Part shown: piece after piece, positions 49,269 through 57,491 of the stretch | How positions within the stretch are numbered: position 1 is the stretch's first letter | How the letters are laid out: every line of letters starts with the position of its first letter | IMG/VR virus record: IMGVR_UViG_3300018080_000154 | Span: 18,954-82,953 of that record | Length of the DNA stretch: 64,000 bases | From: a virus | Strand: one strand, 5' to 3' | The notes under the pieces: generated by a model | What the model was told of the DNA's origin: nothing | Databases searched by the model: none | The model's input: only the letters and a program-made list of their open reading frames with translations | Translations under genes and position numbers: made by a program

Positions 49269-50194
49269 AACAATTTTTCTCTTATCAAGATTTCATGTAG
49301 ATTTCTGACAACAATTACTCTTGGATCAACACCATCGACGACAGTGTACGGTGATATTAGATAAACACGATAACCTTGTTTTGAAACACTGTTTGCATAT
49401 CGTACATTGTCCTCAACCATAAACTTAAGTTTGGGAATATCTTTTACGATCTTCATATTTTTTCTTTCGTCAAACATGATTGCATCGTAAGCAATATTAT
49501 TGTCCTTAAGCCATTTTATAGTGTCAGGAAATAATCTGTTGTATTTCTTGTACGGCCTACTTGTGAGTACAACAATATTGTGACCAGAGTTTCTTAAATT
49601 GTGTGTGAATTCTGATGCACCTTCTTTTGGTTTTATTTTTAGTTTTTCACCACTTTGTCTGTATTCACTTTTAAGTTGATCGTACTTTAAAAGATCAACA
49701 TCAAGTTTCATCTGACTAAGAGAACAATATTCTGTACCAAGTTTTTTATTGACGTATTGTATCCACGGTTCAGGGTATTCACAAAGAACACCATCTAAAT
49801 CCAAGGCAACAACCTTTTGAGAAAACTCTGACTTTATCTTATGTTCTTGGAAATATCGTTGATTTACAACCTCGGTTTTTCTCCAGTACTCTTCTATGAA
49901 TTGTTCATACGATACACCAAGAAGTTGAAATGCACCCCATAGATACTTTTGACAATCAACAAGCTCTTCAATAGTGTTGGATACTATTTCTTCTTTGTCT
50001 TCAACCCGATGCATTTTAAATTTTCGAGTATTGAGAGCCTCGGTCGACTCTCTAATAAAACTCAAAATGAATTCCTTAAGATGGTCTGTAATTTGTGAAT
50101 GACTTAGATTGTCAAAATCTAACTCTTTGTCTTGAAAGAAATCTCTGTTGAATTTTAATTGATCCTCGTATGCTTCTTTACATTTGTCTTTCAT
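49265..50194 (-). CDS. dimeric dNTP pyrophosphatase (dUTPase/dCTPase-like) fused to HAD nucleotidase
   Basis: E..E...K.H, EELVD, K..VN.QR; DLDGVL, LTSRP, T..WL, VEDN. Confidence 0.82.
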   Translation of the reverse strand: MKDKCKEAYEDQLKFNRDFFQDKELDFDNLSHSQITDHLKEFILSFIRESTEALNTRKFKMHRVEDKEEIVSNTIEELVDCQKYLWGAFQLLGVSYEQFIEEYWRKTEVVNQRYFQEHKIKSEFSQKVVALDLDGVLCEYPEPWIQYVNKKLGTEYCSLSQMKLDVDLLKYDQLKSEYRQSGEKLKIKPKEGASEFTHNLRNSGHNIVVLTSRPYKKYNRLFPDTIKWLKDNNIAYDAIMFDERKNMKIVKDIPKLKFMVEDNVRYANSVSKQGYRVYLISPYTVVDGVDPRVIVVRNLHEILIREKLF

Positions 50195-51071
50195 GTTTGA
50201 CTATATCCTCAGTACGAATTGAATGGTTCCACCTTGAATACCTGCCAACGAATTCTACACCGTCAATCTCAGGTAGTACATCAATTGATTTTTTAATTTG
50301 ACTTCTTGGCAATTGTTGAGAAAACATTACAAACATATCTCTATCTACACAATGTTGTAACGCCTCTTCTTCACGCAGTCCTGTGAATTCCACAATATGC
50401 TGACCGTTCTCATACTGTGTAATTCTAGTAAAAGGTTGATTGATGAAATAGATATATGATTTTGTATTGTCGTAAAGAAAACAATTCCTCACAAGAACAA
50501 ATGTTTTATCAAGAGCACTAAAATCATATTCAAGATTTAGACCAGCAAGCTTATTGAAAACCGGTAACGGTAGCGTACTAACAAGATTTTCATAAACATA
50601 CTCATCATTTCTGGTGTACACAATTTTATTTTCAACATCTATTCTTTGCACGGTGTCTTCTATAATCCTTTCGTCTTCTGCAATTTCACGAGTTAGTCTT
50701 GAAATCACTGTATTCAAACCCACGTCGTAATACTCAAAAACATTTTTTGCATTACTCATTACACCAGATGTCATATTTTCAGACGATTCATGCCTAGATT
50801 TTTCAAAATACTTTTCTCTAAATTCGTCTGACGCCTTTGATGCAAAACGAAGACCATCTGAGTAACCAATGACTGCAAGTTTTTTATTCGTTATCATACT
50901 AAGATCGTTGACGAGAAAATCTGACATTTCTTTTGTTGCATGTAACATACGAGGACCCAACGGAAATGTACTTTTCATTTGACCGCCAACCTTATCTGTA
51001 ATGAGGTCGTATCCTTTACGATGATACGCTACAACAAGTCCTGCAATTCCACCCCCTAAAACAATATTCAT
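50178..51071 (-). CDS. FAD-dependent enzyme, UDP-galactopyranose mutase-like
   Basis: VLGGGIAGL, GG..GP..H, YENLVSTLPL, PFTRI, VGRYSRW. Confidence 0.7.
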   Translation of the reverse strand: MNIVLGGGIAGLVVAYHRKGYDLITDKVGGQMKSTFPLGPRMLHATKEMSDFLVNDLSMITNKKLAVIGYSDGLRFASKASDEFREKYFEKSRHESSENMTSGVMSNAKNVFEYYDVGLNTVISRLTREIAEDERIIEDTVQRIDVENKIVYTRNDEYVYENLVSTLPLPVFNKLAGLNLEYDFSALDKTFVLVRNCFLYDNTKSYIYFINQPFTRITQYENGQHIVEFTGLREEEALQHCVDRDMFVMFSQQLPRSQIKKSIDVLPEIDGVEFVGRYSRWNHSIRTEDIVKHERQM

Positions 51072-51080
51072 TTTTTTGTC

Positions 51081-51545
51081 CTATTCGTTCATTTCACTAA
51101 CACGTGAAATTATTTTTATTACATGTTCATGTACCTCGGCATCATCATCAAGTATCAAGAAATTTGGATGGTTTCTTAAAAAAGAGATGTACCCATTGTA
51201 CTCCTCATAAATTTCCTTTAGTTCTTCAAATTTGATGTGCCAATCACCTCTTGACTTGAACCTTCTTTCAATTACTTCCAAACTCGGTTGACGTATTACA
51301 AAAAGAGGATCATATCTTGAAATGAAATCATTCATATCGTCCAGTATTTTGTCATGCAAATCATCATGACGTTCTCGTACAGAATTATAGACAAGACTAC
51401 TTAAAAACATTCTATCGACAACAAGTTGTCTAAAATTTGTAGCCTTGTCGTATTCATGTCTAAGAGTTGTCTTACCGGCACAGTCACAACCCTCAAAAAC
51501 AATAATCCTATAATCCCTCTTTTTTATCCACGTTGGTGTATTCAT
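51081..51545 (-). CDS. dNMP (thymidylate-type) kinase
   Basis: FEGCDCAGKTT, VDR..LS..VY, RF..RGD. Confidence 0.85.
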   Translation of the reverse strand: MNTPTWIKKRDYRIIVFEGCDCAGKTTLRHEYDKATNFRQLVVDRMFLSSLVYNSVRERHDDLHDKILDDMNDFISRYDPLFVIRQPSLEVIERRFKSRGDWHIKFEELKEIYEEYNGYISFLRNHPNFLILDDDAEVHEHVIKIISRVSEMNE

Positions 51546-52044
51546 GAAGCGATCCTATTTGAATGAACATTTTCTTTGTACTGCTCTTAATTTTGAAATG
51601 ATTTTCTGTCAACTGATAAATCAAATGATTTATGATACCGAGGTCACATGACAATCTTGTGATGTCACTACTTCTAATGTTAACAACAGCCTGATGAGAG
51701 TAGTCTTCATCGAAAAGTAGAAGAATACTTTCCATGCACGGTACCATGTTTTCATTTTGATTGTAGTGATACTCTCTTGGAAATTGTATCAACAATCTTC
51801 TAGAAAATTTATCGCGTTCAAACTCTTTGCACAACGAAGGCACCTGCGGCAAAAACATATTGAAGTACGGTGTCAATTCTTCTTTATCAAAATCTTTGAA
51901 TTCTGATATATCTTGAGACTCCATCCAAAATGTTGCACCAACTTTCTCAACTATCTCCATGCCTCGGCGTACAACTTTTGTTGCGTTAATACTTGGATGT
52001 AAACATTGTCTACGTATTGATTGAATTGTATCTTTACTACTCAC
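51508..52044 (-). CDS. short thymidylate synthase homolog, dCMP-modifying type
   Basis: SRR, PC, RSSD...LSCD (Asp at the base-specificity position), GSLHEY as in T4 gp42-type enzymes. Confidence 0.75.
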   Translation of the reverse strand: MSSKDTIQSIRRQCLHPSINATKVVRRGMEIVEKVGATFWMESQDISEFKDFDKEELTPYFNMFLPQVPSLCKEFERDKFSRRLLIQFPREYHYNQNENMVPCMESILLLFDEDYSHQAVVNIRSSDITRLSCDLGIINHLIYQLTENHFKIKSSTKKMFIQIGSLHEYTNVDKKEGL

Positions 52045-53095
52045 AGGGTTTTCTCCTATTTGCTTTGTCTGAGATGTACCAGTACGGTTTGAAATCTATG
52101 TTCTTCATTATTGTCTTTGCAGTCATTTCAATACCCTGCTCAAATGTGTATTCCGGCTTCCATCCAGTCGACAGCAGTTTTGAATTGTCACCTAAATGGT
52201 TTTTGTGGTAATCAAGACGTTGAAGATATTTAATGTTATATCTACCGGGAAATTTATTCATCACGTAGTCAACATAATCTTGAAAACGTCTACCACTACC
52301 ATGTGCGATATTGAAATCCTCTCCCCAATAGTTATTGTCAACCAAATGCACAACCGCACTGGCAACGTCCTCGACTCTTATATAGTCTTTGAAATACTTA
52401 GGATGTAATCTTACTGGTAGTACTACATCTTTATCGTATTCCTTATTGTACAATCCGTTGTGCAAAATTCTAATTATTGCACTTGATGTATCATTTGGAA
52501 AATTACCAAAAGCAAATATCGGTCTAACGATAATAGTATTGGCCATTTCAAAAAGTTTTCTAACCTGTATCTCAGCATCAAGTTTATTGATACCATACAA
52601 TGTCTCTGGATCTATTTGTGCATTTTCATCAAATGAACTTTCATGGTATTTCTGAATGTCACCAGTAGAAAAACCAGATCCACCAAATATCGAAGTCGTA
52701 CCAAAAAATACAAGCCGTATGTCAAATTCTTTGCACACTTCAATTACGTTGAACGTTCCAAGAACATTGCTCAAAATAGAGTCCTTAGCCTTGACGTCAC
52801 AAATATCACTGCCGACATACGCTGCGTTGTGAACAATAAGGTCTGGTTTAAGCACCTCAACTGCCTTCTTAAATGACTCAAGATTTTCTATGTTGATTTC
52901 AGGTGTACGATGTTGAAATGATCTGTACAATTTTTTGTTTTCAAGAGAATACTCATTTTCAGTAATAAATTTTTCTCTTTCATGATATCCTGGCTTGTTC
53001 ACCACAACGTACGCACCATTTTCAAACATGTCGTGCATGCTTTCAGCAATGTAACCGCTTTCACCTGTTATGAATACTCTTCGTATCATTTTCAA
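52037..53095 (-). CDS. NAD-dependent NDP-sugar epimerase/dehydratase (extended SDR)
   Basis: ITGESGYIA, HNAA, NVLGT, YGINK, DYIRVEDVA, FNI. Confidence 0.9.
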   Translation of the reverse strand: MKMIRRVFITGESGYIAESMHDMFENGAYVVVNKPGYHEREKFITENEYSLENKKLYRSFQHRTPEINIENLESFKKAVEVLKPDLIVHNAAYVGSDICDVKAKDSILSNVLGTFNVIEVCKEFDIRLVFFGTTSIFGGSGFSTGDIQKYHESSFDENAQIDPETLYGINKLDAEIQVRKLFEMANTIIVRPIFAFGNFPNDTSSAIIRILHNGLYNKEYDKDVVLPVRLHPKYFKDYIRVEDVASAVVHLVDNNYWGEDFNIAHGSGRRFQDYVDYVMNKFPGRYNIKYLQRLDYHKNHLGDNSKLLSTGWKPEYTFEQGIEMTAKTIMKNIDFKPYWYISDKANRRKPCE

Positions 53096-53123
53096 TACCT
53101 CTTATTCTATTTTTTTTTGTAAT

Positions 53124-53948
53124 TTACCAAACGATGTTTTTTCTGACCGTAGCATAATCTGTAGGATCTTTAGTTACCAAACGATGAAAATGATATTTTT
53201 CTTTGTAAACGCCTTCCTTGAGGTTTGGATGTTCTTTAAATTTCTTAACGTTGAAAAACTCAACCTTAAGAGAATTGCCACCCTTTAAAGCAGTCATAAT
53301 TTTCTTGCTATCTTTGAAAACTGCAATGTAGGCTGCACGTTCACGTATCTCATGACCACCATTTGCAAATTCTTTTCTAATGTCATCAATGAAACCACCA
53401 ACGTCAACAACTTGGCCAACTGTTTTTGTAGCAGCAGCTTTTTTAGCACCGGCTTTTTTTGCAGCTTTCTTTGTCTCGGTTGTTTTTTCTTTTGATTTTT
53501 TTGCAGACTCAATAGATGTGACATTGTCTACTTCATCTTTAGGCGTGGATTCTACTACTTCATCTTTTGCAGATTTCTTAGTAGATTTTGCTTTGGTTTT
53601 TGATGAGGATTTTTTCGTAGCACCAGATTTTGATGCTGTTTTAGATTTTGCTTTTGAGGATTTTGCTTTTGAGGATTTTGCTTTTGAGGATTTTGCTTTT
53701 GAAGCAGTTTTCTTTTCTTCTGCTTCTTCTGTGGGTTCGTCTGTCTTTTCTTCCACTTCTTTAGGTTCATCTTCCTTTTGTTCTTCAATTTCTTCTGCAA
53801 CATTCTTTTCAGCAGTGTTTTCTTCTTCCTCTTCCTCTACTAAAAATTCTACTGCGCAGTATGGGCATTGCCCACTTTGTACATTTTCCATTGTAAGTTC
53901 GGCTGAACACTCCGGACACAGGATCTTTTCTTCGTCTTTCTTAGTCAT
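53124..53948 (-). CDS. Zn-ribbon protein with acidic and histone-H1-like basic tracts
   Basis: CPEC..CPYC, E-rich tract, (AKSSK)n, globular C-terminus. Confidence 0.7.
   Translation of the reverse strand: MTKKDEEKILCPECSAELTMENVQSGQCPYCAVEFLVEEEEEENTAEKNVAEEIEEQKEDEPKEVEEKTDEPTEEAEEKKTASKAKSSKAKSSKAKSSKAKSKTASKSGATKKSSSKTKAKSTKKSAKDEVVESTPKDEVDNVTSIESAKKSKEKTTETKKAAKKAGAKKAAATKTVGQVVDVGGFIDDIRKEFANGGHEIRERAAYIAVFKDSKKIMTALKGGNSLKVEFFNVKKFKEHPNLKEGVYKEKYHFHRLVTKDPTDYATVRKNIVW
53644..53702 (+). repeat. about 4 tandem copies of a 15-bp unit GATTTTGCTTTTGAG
   Basis: Direct reading; encodes SKAKS repeats on the minus strand. Confidence 0.9.
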
Positions 53949-54021
53949 TTCTATACTCCAAAATTCTAGTGACAAAAAGTTTAGACACAATTGTCTTACA
54001 AAAGATAGATATACATTTTTG

Positions 54022-54636
54022 TCAAGAAGTATAGACTAGATCTGACTGATTTCTAACTAATTGGGTAAGCTTATTTTTAAGACTAGAAAATTCGTCGTCC
54101 GAAAGTGACAACATTCTTTTTATTGTCCATTCGTTCCTGTTCTTTATCGACAAATCTAAAACGTGAAGAGACATGATACCGTCTAAAATATTTTTTTGAA
54201 GCGTTTTTCTTACTCCAGACACAACACAATCCAGATCTTCGGAATTGATGTATGTTTGTGATTGTATTTCTGGTAGGTTCTCAGTGGGTGGGGTTTTAAC
54301 TCTCCTGCGTTCTTTTCTTACTGATAGGTTGGTATTCTTTCTGGTATACATGAACGCAAAGGAACCGAAGTCTGTTTGATGCTTATCGTACATCATTTCA
54401 AAGCGTATTACCTTATTACCTCTAATCACTGCTTTGAAGGTTGGGACGAGGCGGTATTTTTCAACCGCCTCCCATATCCCGATTTTTGCTATCTGTTCAA
54501 AATCGTCTTGATCTTCAACTTGACTGAAATATTTCTTTCCAGTATGTTTGATCATCTTGGAGTATTTTTTGAACAAATCATTTAGAGCAGATTGATCACC
54601 CTGTTTTGCGAGTCGTATCAATTCTCGTTCCACCAT
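54022..54636 (-). CDS. sigma-70 family RNA polymerase sigma factor-like protein
   Basis: LIRLAKQGDQSALNDLFKKY, DDFEQ.A.IGIWEAVEKY, FGSFA (regions 1.2/2); region 4 degenerate. Confidence 0.75.
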   Translation of the reverse strand: MVERELIRLAKQGDQSALNDLFKKYSKMIKHTGKKYFSQVEDQDDFEQIAKIGIWEAVEKYRLVPTFKAVIRGNKVIRFEMMYDKHQTDFGSFAFMYTRKNTNLSVRKERRRVKTPPTENLPEIQSQTYINSEDLDCVVSGVRKTLQKNILDGIMSLHVLDLSIKNRNEWTIKRMLSLSDDEFSSLKNKLTQLVRNQSDLVYTS

Positions 54637-54910
54637 CTAGAGTCTCCTTCAACATCAATTTCAAGTCAGGATTATAAATGGAACATTCTACTTTCTTTCT
54701 ATTTTTCTTCAACCACAAAAATACTGAAAGATTTAGAATCTGGCCTATGTCGAATTCCTTTTCGTTGAAGCAAAACTCTTTAAGAATCTGGTGAAATTCG
54801 TCTTTCATGTGAAATGTGAAAGGTGTTTTACCATCTCTTTTGGATTGTTTCTTTTCCACGTCGCCATCCAATTCCGTATTACTGTATTTACGTATTTGTG
54901 TATCTATCAT
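54596..54910 (-). CDS. possible ribbon-helix-helix regulator
   Basis: FTFHMKDEFHQILKEFC pattern. Confidence 0.45.
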   Translation of the reverse strand: MIDTQIRKYSNTELDGDVEKKQSKRDGKTPFTFHMKDEFHQILKEFCFNEKEFDIGQILNLSVFLWLKKNRKKVECSIYNPDLKLMLKETLDGGTRIDTTRKTG

Positions 54911-54961
54911 CGTGGTATCTCCTTGTAAATAAGAAAATGCGTCGATTGTAATTTTTGCTGT

Positions 54962-55293
54962 CTATTTTTTAGACAGCATTACTGCATCATTTTCCGTAAG
55001 TTTTTCAACATCTTTAAGAACATTATCGAAATCCCTTTCGTAGTTTTTCCACACCCTGCTCAGCCATTTTGCTTTTGTCTCTTTGGGAAAAACATTAGTC
55101 CTAAGACCAATGTGTTTGAAAACAAGTTCAGGAGTCATAACACTGTTGCCATCCTTATCCATAAGGAATGAACCAAAAAGTCTCTCGTATATTTGTAGAC
55201 GTATTGCAAACTCCTTCCAATTTTCTTTTGTTATCTCTCCCATACCTATCGTCATCGTCAAAAGTATGAGACTCTCTGTTCGTTGTTTAAGAT
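54962..55293 (-). pseudogene. 3' part of a gene interrupted by the 55294-56750 insertion
   Basis: Joins in frame with 56751-56829 to give a 136-aa protein. Confidence 0.8.
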
Positions 55294-55560
55294 AGCATGA
55301 GTACAATACACATGACAATCACGTAAGTCTTTATGAGAAAAAATTATAGCATTCATTTCTGCATGAGCTGTCATATAATATTTATAAGGTCTTTCATGTG
55401 TCATCTTGTGTTCATCACAACCTGCGATAAATCCATTATATCCGAATGATACAGGACGATTATCATCTGTTGTAATAACACACCCTACTTTAGATGATGG
55501 ATCCTTAGATTTTAAAGAAACATCATATGCTATCTTCATGAAATAATCTTTCCAATTCAT
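55258..55560 (-). pseudogene. truncated second dCMP deaminase
   Basis: SKDPS.KVGC..GYNG..HAEMNA..VYCTHA, then cut just before the PCxxC zinc motif. Confidence 0.85.
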
Positions 55561-55568
55561 AATAACCC

Positions 55569-55763
55569 TTATGATATTCTATTCCAAGATTTTTTACTCT
55601 TTTGTATATTATTAACACGTTTATTATTAATTAATCTATAACCATGTAGTAAAGCTATAGCTACTGCAATTCTATAATCTATATTTATTAAAATTGCATA
55701 ACCTATCGTGAATAAAATTAACTCTAAAAATATTAATATGATTAATTTGATTTTAATATTCAT
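55569..55763 (-). CDS. small membrane protein
   Basis: Two hydrophobic segments; inside insertion. Confidence 0.55.
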   Translation of the reverse strand: MNIKIKLIILIFLELILFTIGYAILINIDYRIAVAIALLHGYRLINNKRVNNIQKSKKSWNRIS

Positions 55764-56623
55764 TTAAACTTCCTATTCCTTTCCATCCTACGTAGTGTAT
55801 CTTGAGGCCTCTCACCTTCTTCCATTTCATAACTACAACCTAAAACTCCACCTTTCCATGATCCTGATCTTTCTCCTACCTCATCACTAAATGCTATTTC
55901 AATAGATTGTTTATTCTTTACCATAAACCATGGCCATGAACACCATTCAAACCATTTTCTACGCCATTGCATTCTCTCCACAAATATCCAAGCCTTTACA
56001 TGTTGTACTATACCTGAATTTAATTTATATGAATAACTATAAACATCATTCCACCGACCATCAGGTGGTAAGTCGTTTTGAACTCCATTATTCCATCTAG
56101 CATGCCACTTGGTTGTGAATTGATTGCTGGTATCTATCCATATAGGACTCCATGATCCATCAGGCATCATTACCATTTCTTTATCATTCTGAAACTCCCA
56201 ATTAAAGAATGGTAGGAAGAATGACCAATCAAGTATATGAGATGACCCGTCGCTATTCCACTCATGGGCCTTCTTCCAGATTTTGATATTGATCATCCAA
56301 TCATGTATTGAAATTCCATTCAACCTAGCCTGATAATCTTTAGGTTTCAATACCCCATGTATAGAAAACCAAATAGAGATAAAAATTAACCCAATATGAA
56401 GTTGAATATCATCATAATTATCACCATCATATAGATTCAATTCCAATGCAATATTCTTATTATAAAAACATACTTCCCAACTAAACCTATTTAATTTACC
56501 TCGGAAGTGAGTCCACCACAAAGACCAATGTTTATTATTTGCCTTAGCTAAATTCTGAGTCCAAAAATACATATTATCCTCTGCTTTCTTCTGATGCTTA
56601 CTTAAGTTTATTTTAACCTTCAT
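55760..56623 (-). CDS. Trp-rich hypothetical phage protein
   Basis: 287 aa, GAGGAG SD, C-terminal FSDEVGERSGSWKGG. Confidence 0.75.
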   Translation of the reverse strand: MKVKINLSKHQKKAEDNMYFWTQNLAKANNKHWSLWWTHFRGKLNRFSWEVCFYNKNIALELNLYDGDNYDDIQLHIGLIFISIWFSIHGVLKPKDYQARLNGISIHDWMINIKIWKKAHEWNSDGSSHILDWSFFLPFFNWEFQNDKEMVMMPDGSWSPIWIDTSNQFTTKWHARWNNGVQNDLPPDGRWNDVYSYSYKLNSGIVQHVKAWIFVERMQWRRKWFEWCSWPWFMVKNKQSIEIAFSDEVGERSGSWKGGVLGCSYEMEEGERPQDTLRRMERNRKFK

Positions 56624-56665
56624 TATCTATTCTCTCCTCAATTCTATCATTACTAACCTCATAAG

Positions 56666-56750
56666 TGGGAGAGGAGGGATTTGAACCCCCACACTCTGTA
56701 CGAATACCGGATTTTAAGTCCGATGCGTCTACCAATTCCGCCACTCTCCC
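56666..56750 (-). tRNA. tRNA-Leu (UAA), CCA not encoded
   Basis: GGGAGAG/CTCTCCC acceptor, GCGGAATTGGTAGACGC D arm, TCGGA-CTTAAAA-TCCGG, long variable arm, GGGGG-TTCAAAT-CCCTC. Confidence 0.96.
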
Positions 56751-56829
56751 ATTGTTTACCATCGTCACGTGTTTCAAAACATACTTCATCTTTATTTTCG
56801 ATTCTTGTTAAATCCCAATTCAATGACAT
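56751..56829 (-). pseudogene. 5' part (26 codons) of the interrupted gene
   Basis: AAGGAGA SD, MSLNWDLTRIENKDEVCFETRDDGKQ ending at tRNA +1. Confidence 0.8.
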
Positions 56830-56840
56830 AATATTTCTCC

Positions 56841-57488
56841 TTAATATATTCTTGCAGTTTGTTCTTCGTTGAGACCCTTTTTTTCAGCTATCAGCATTCT
56901 TCTCTTCCAATATGCATCACGAACTTTCGTATGATGGATGTGCCATTTATAATTTTCATCAGAGTACATCTTGCCGACTAATTCTGGATAAGAATTTTCA
57001 AGTTCTTCAATCAATTTAGTTTGTTCTTCAATTTGTTGGTCAAGTGTTTTCATTCGTTACCTCATCATGTGAAAAAATCATCGATACATTTGTTTGCAAC
57101 GACATTAATGAATTCCTTTTCTTTACCATCGCCGCATAGTATCATCTCGGTAAACGTCTCAATGATTTCAGGTTGTGAGTTTAGTTCATCGATGTCGAAA
57201 TACTCTGCAGGTACTTGATACTTATACGTCGTCATCATTTACCTCCTTTACAACACCAAGTTTTAACAATGCCTCTGCTACAACATTTCCTATGTCAATG
57301 GAGTAATATTTACCACCATCAACTTTGAACATTATAGATTGACAACCACCAGATATTGCTACATGTATTTTCTTATCACACCACATAATCTCTGTTTCTT
57401 GTTCATGATACCCCATCATTGGTAAAATAAGTTTATCCTTTTCAATATGATGAGTGACTTCGATGTCTAGTTTTAGTTCTTTTTTCAT
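56841..57488 (-). CDS. small hypothetical ORFs (56841-57053, 57222-57488, plus a ~56-aa ORF between)
   Basis: SD motifs, packing. Confidence 0.55.
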
Positions 57489-57491
57489 TAC

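Larger units (their letters stand above)
55294..56750 (-). mobile_element. 1457-bp foreign insertion (tRNA-Leu, two ORFs, truncated dCMP deaminase)
   Basis: Exact in-frame rejoining of flanks, AT-rich and CpG-poor composition, no transposase, IR or TSD. Confidence 0.8.

Noticed and set aside
53644-53702. Tandem repeat considered as a CRISPR array
   Set aside because: No spacers; in-frame coding repeat. No CRISPR array or cas gene was seen in the window
54962-55318. ORF as called with start MSCVLYSC
   Set aside because: The first 8 codons come from the insertion; the real N-terminus lies at 56751-56829
55289-55536. 10-bp inverted repeat AAGATAGCAT / ATGCTATCTT near the insertion junction
   Set aside because: Does not extend, does not bracket the insertion, and is plausible by chance in AT-rich DNA
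56666-56750. tRNA as an integrase att site
   Set aside because: No duplicated tRNA 3' end at the other junction and no integrase seen; the boundary is at the 5' end
56681-56872. Plus-strand 63-aa ORF
   Set aside because: Antisense to tRNA-Leu and to the split gene's 5' fragment
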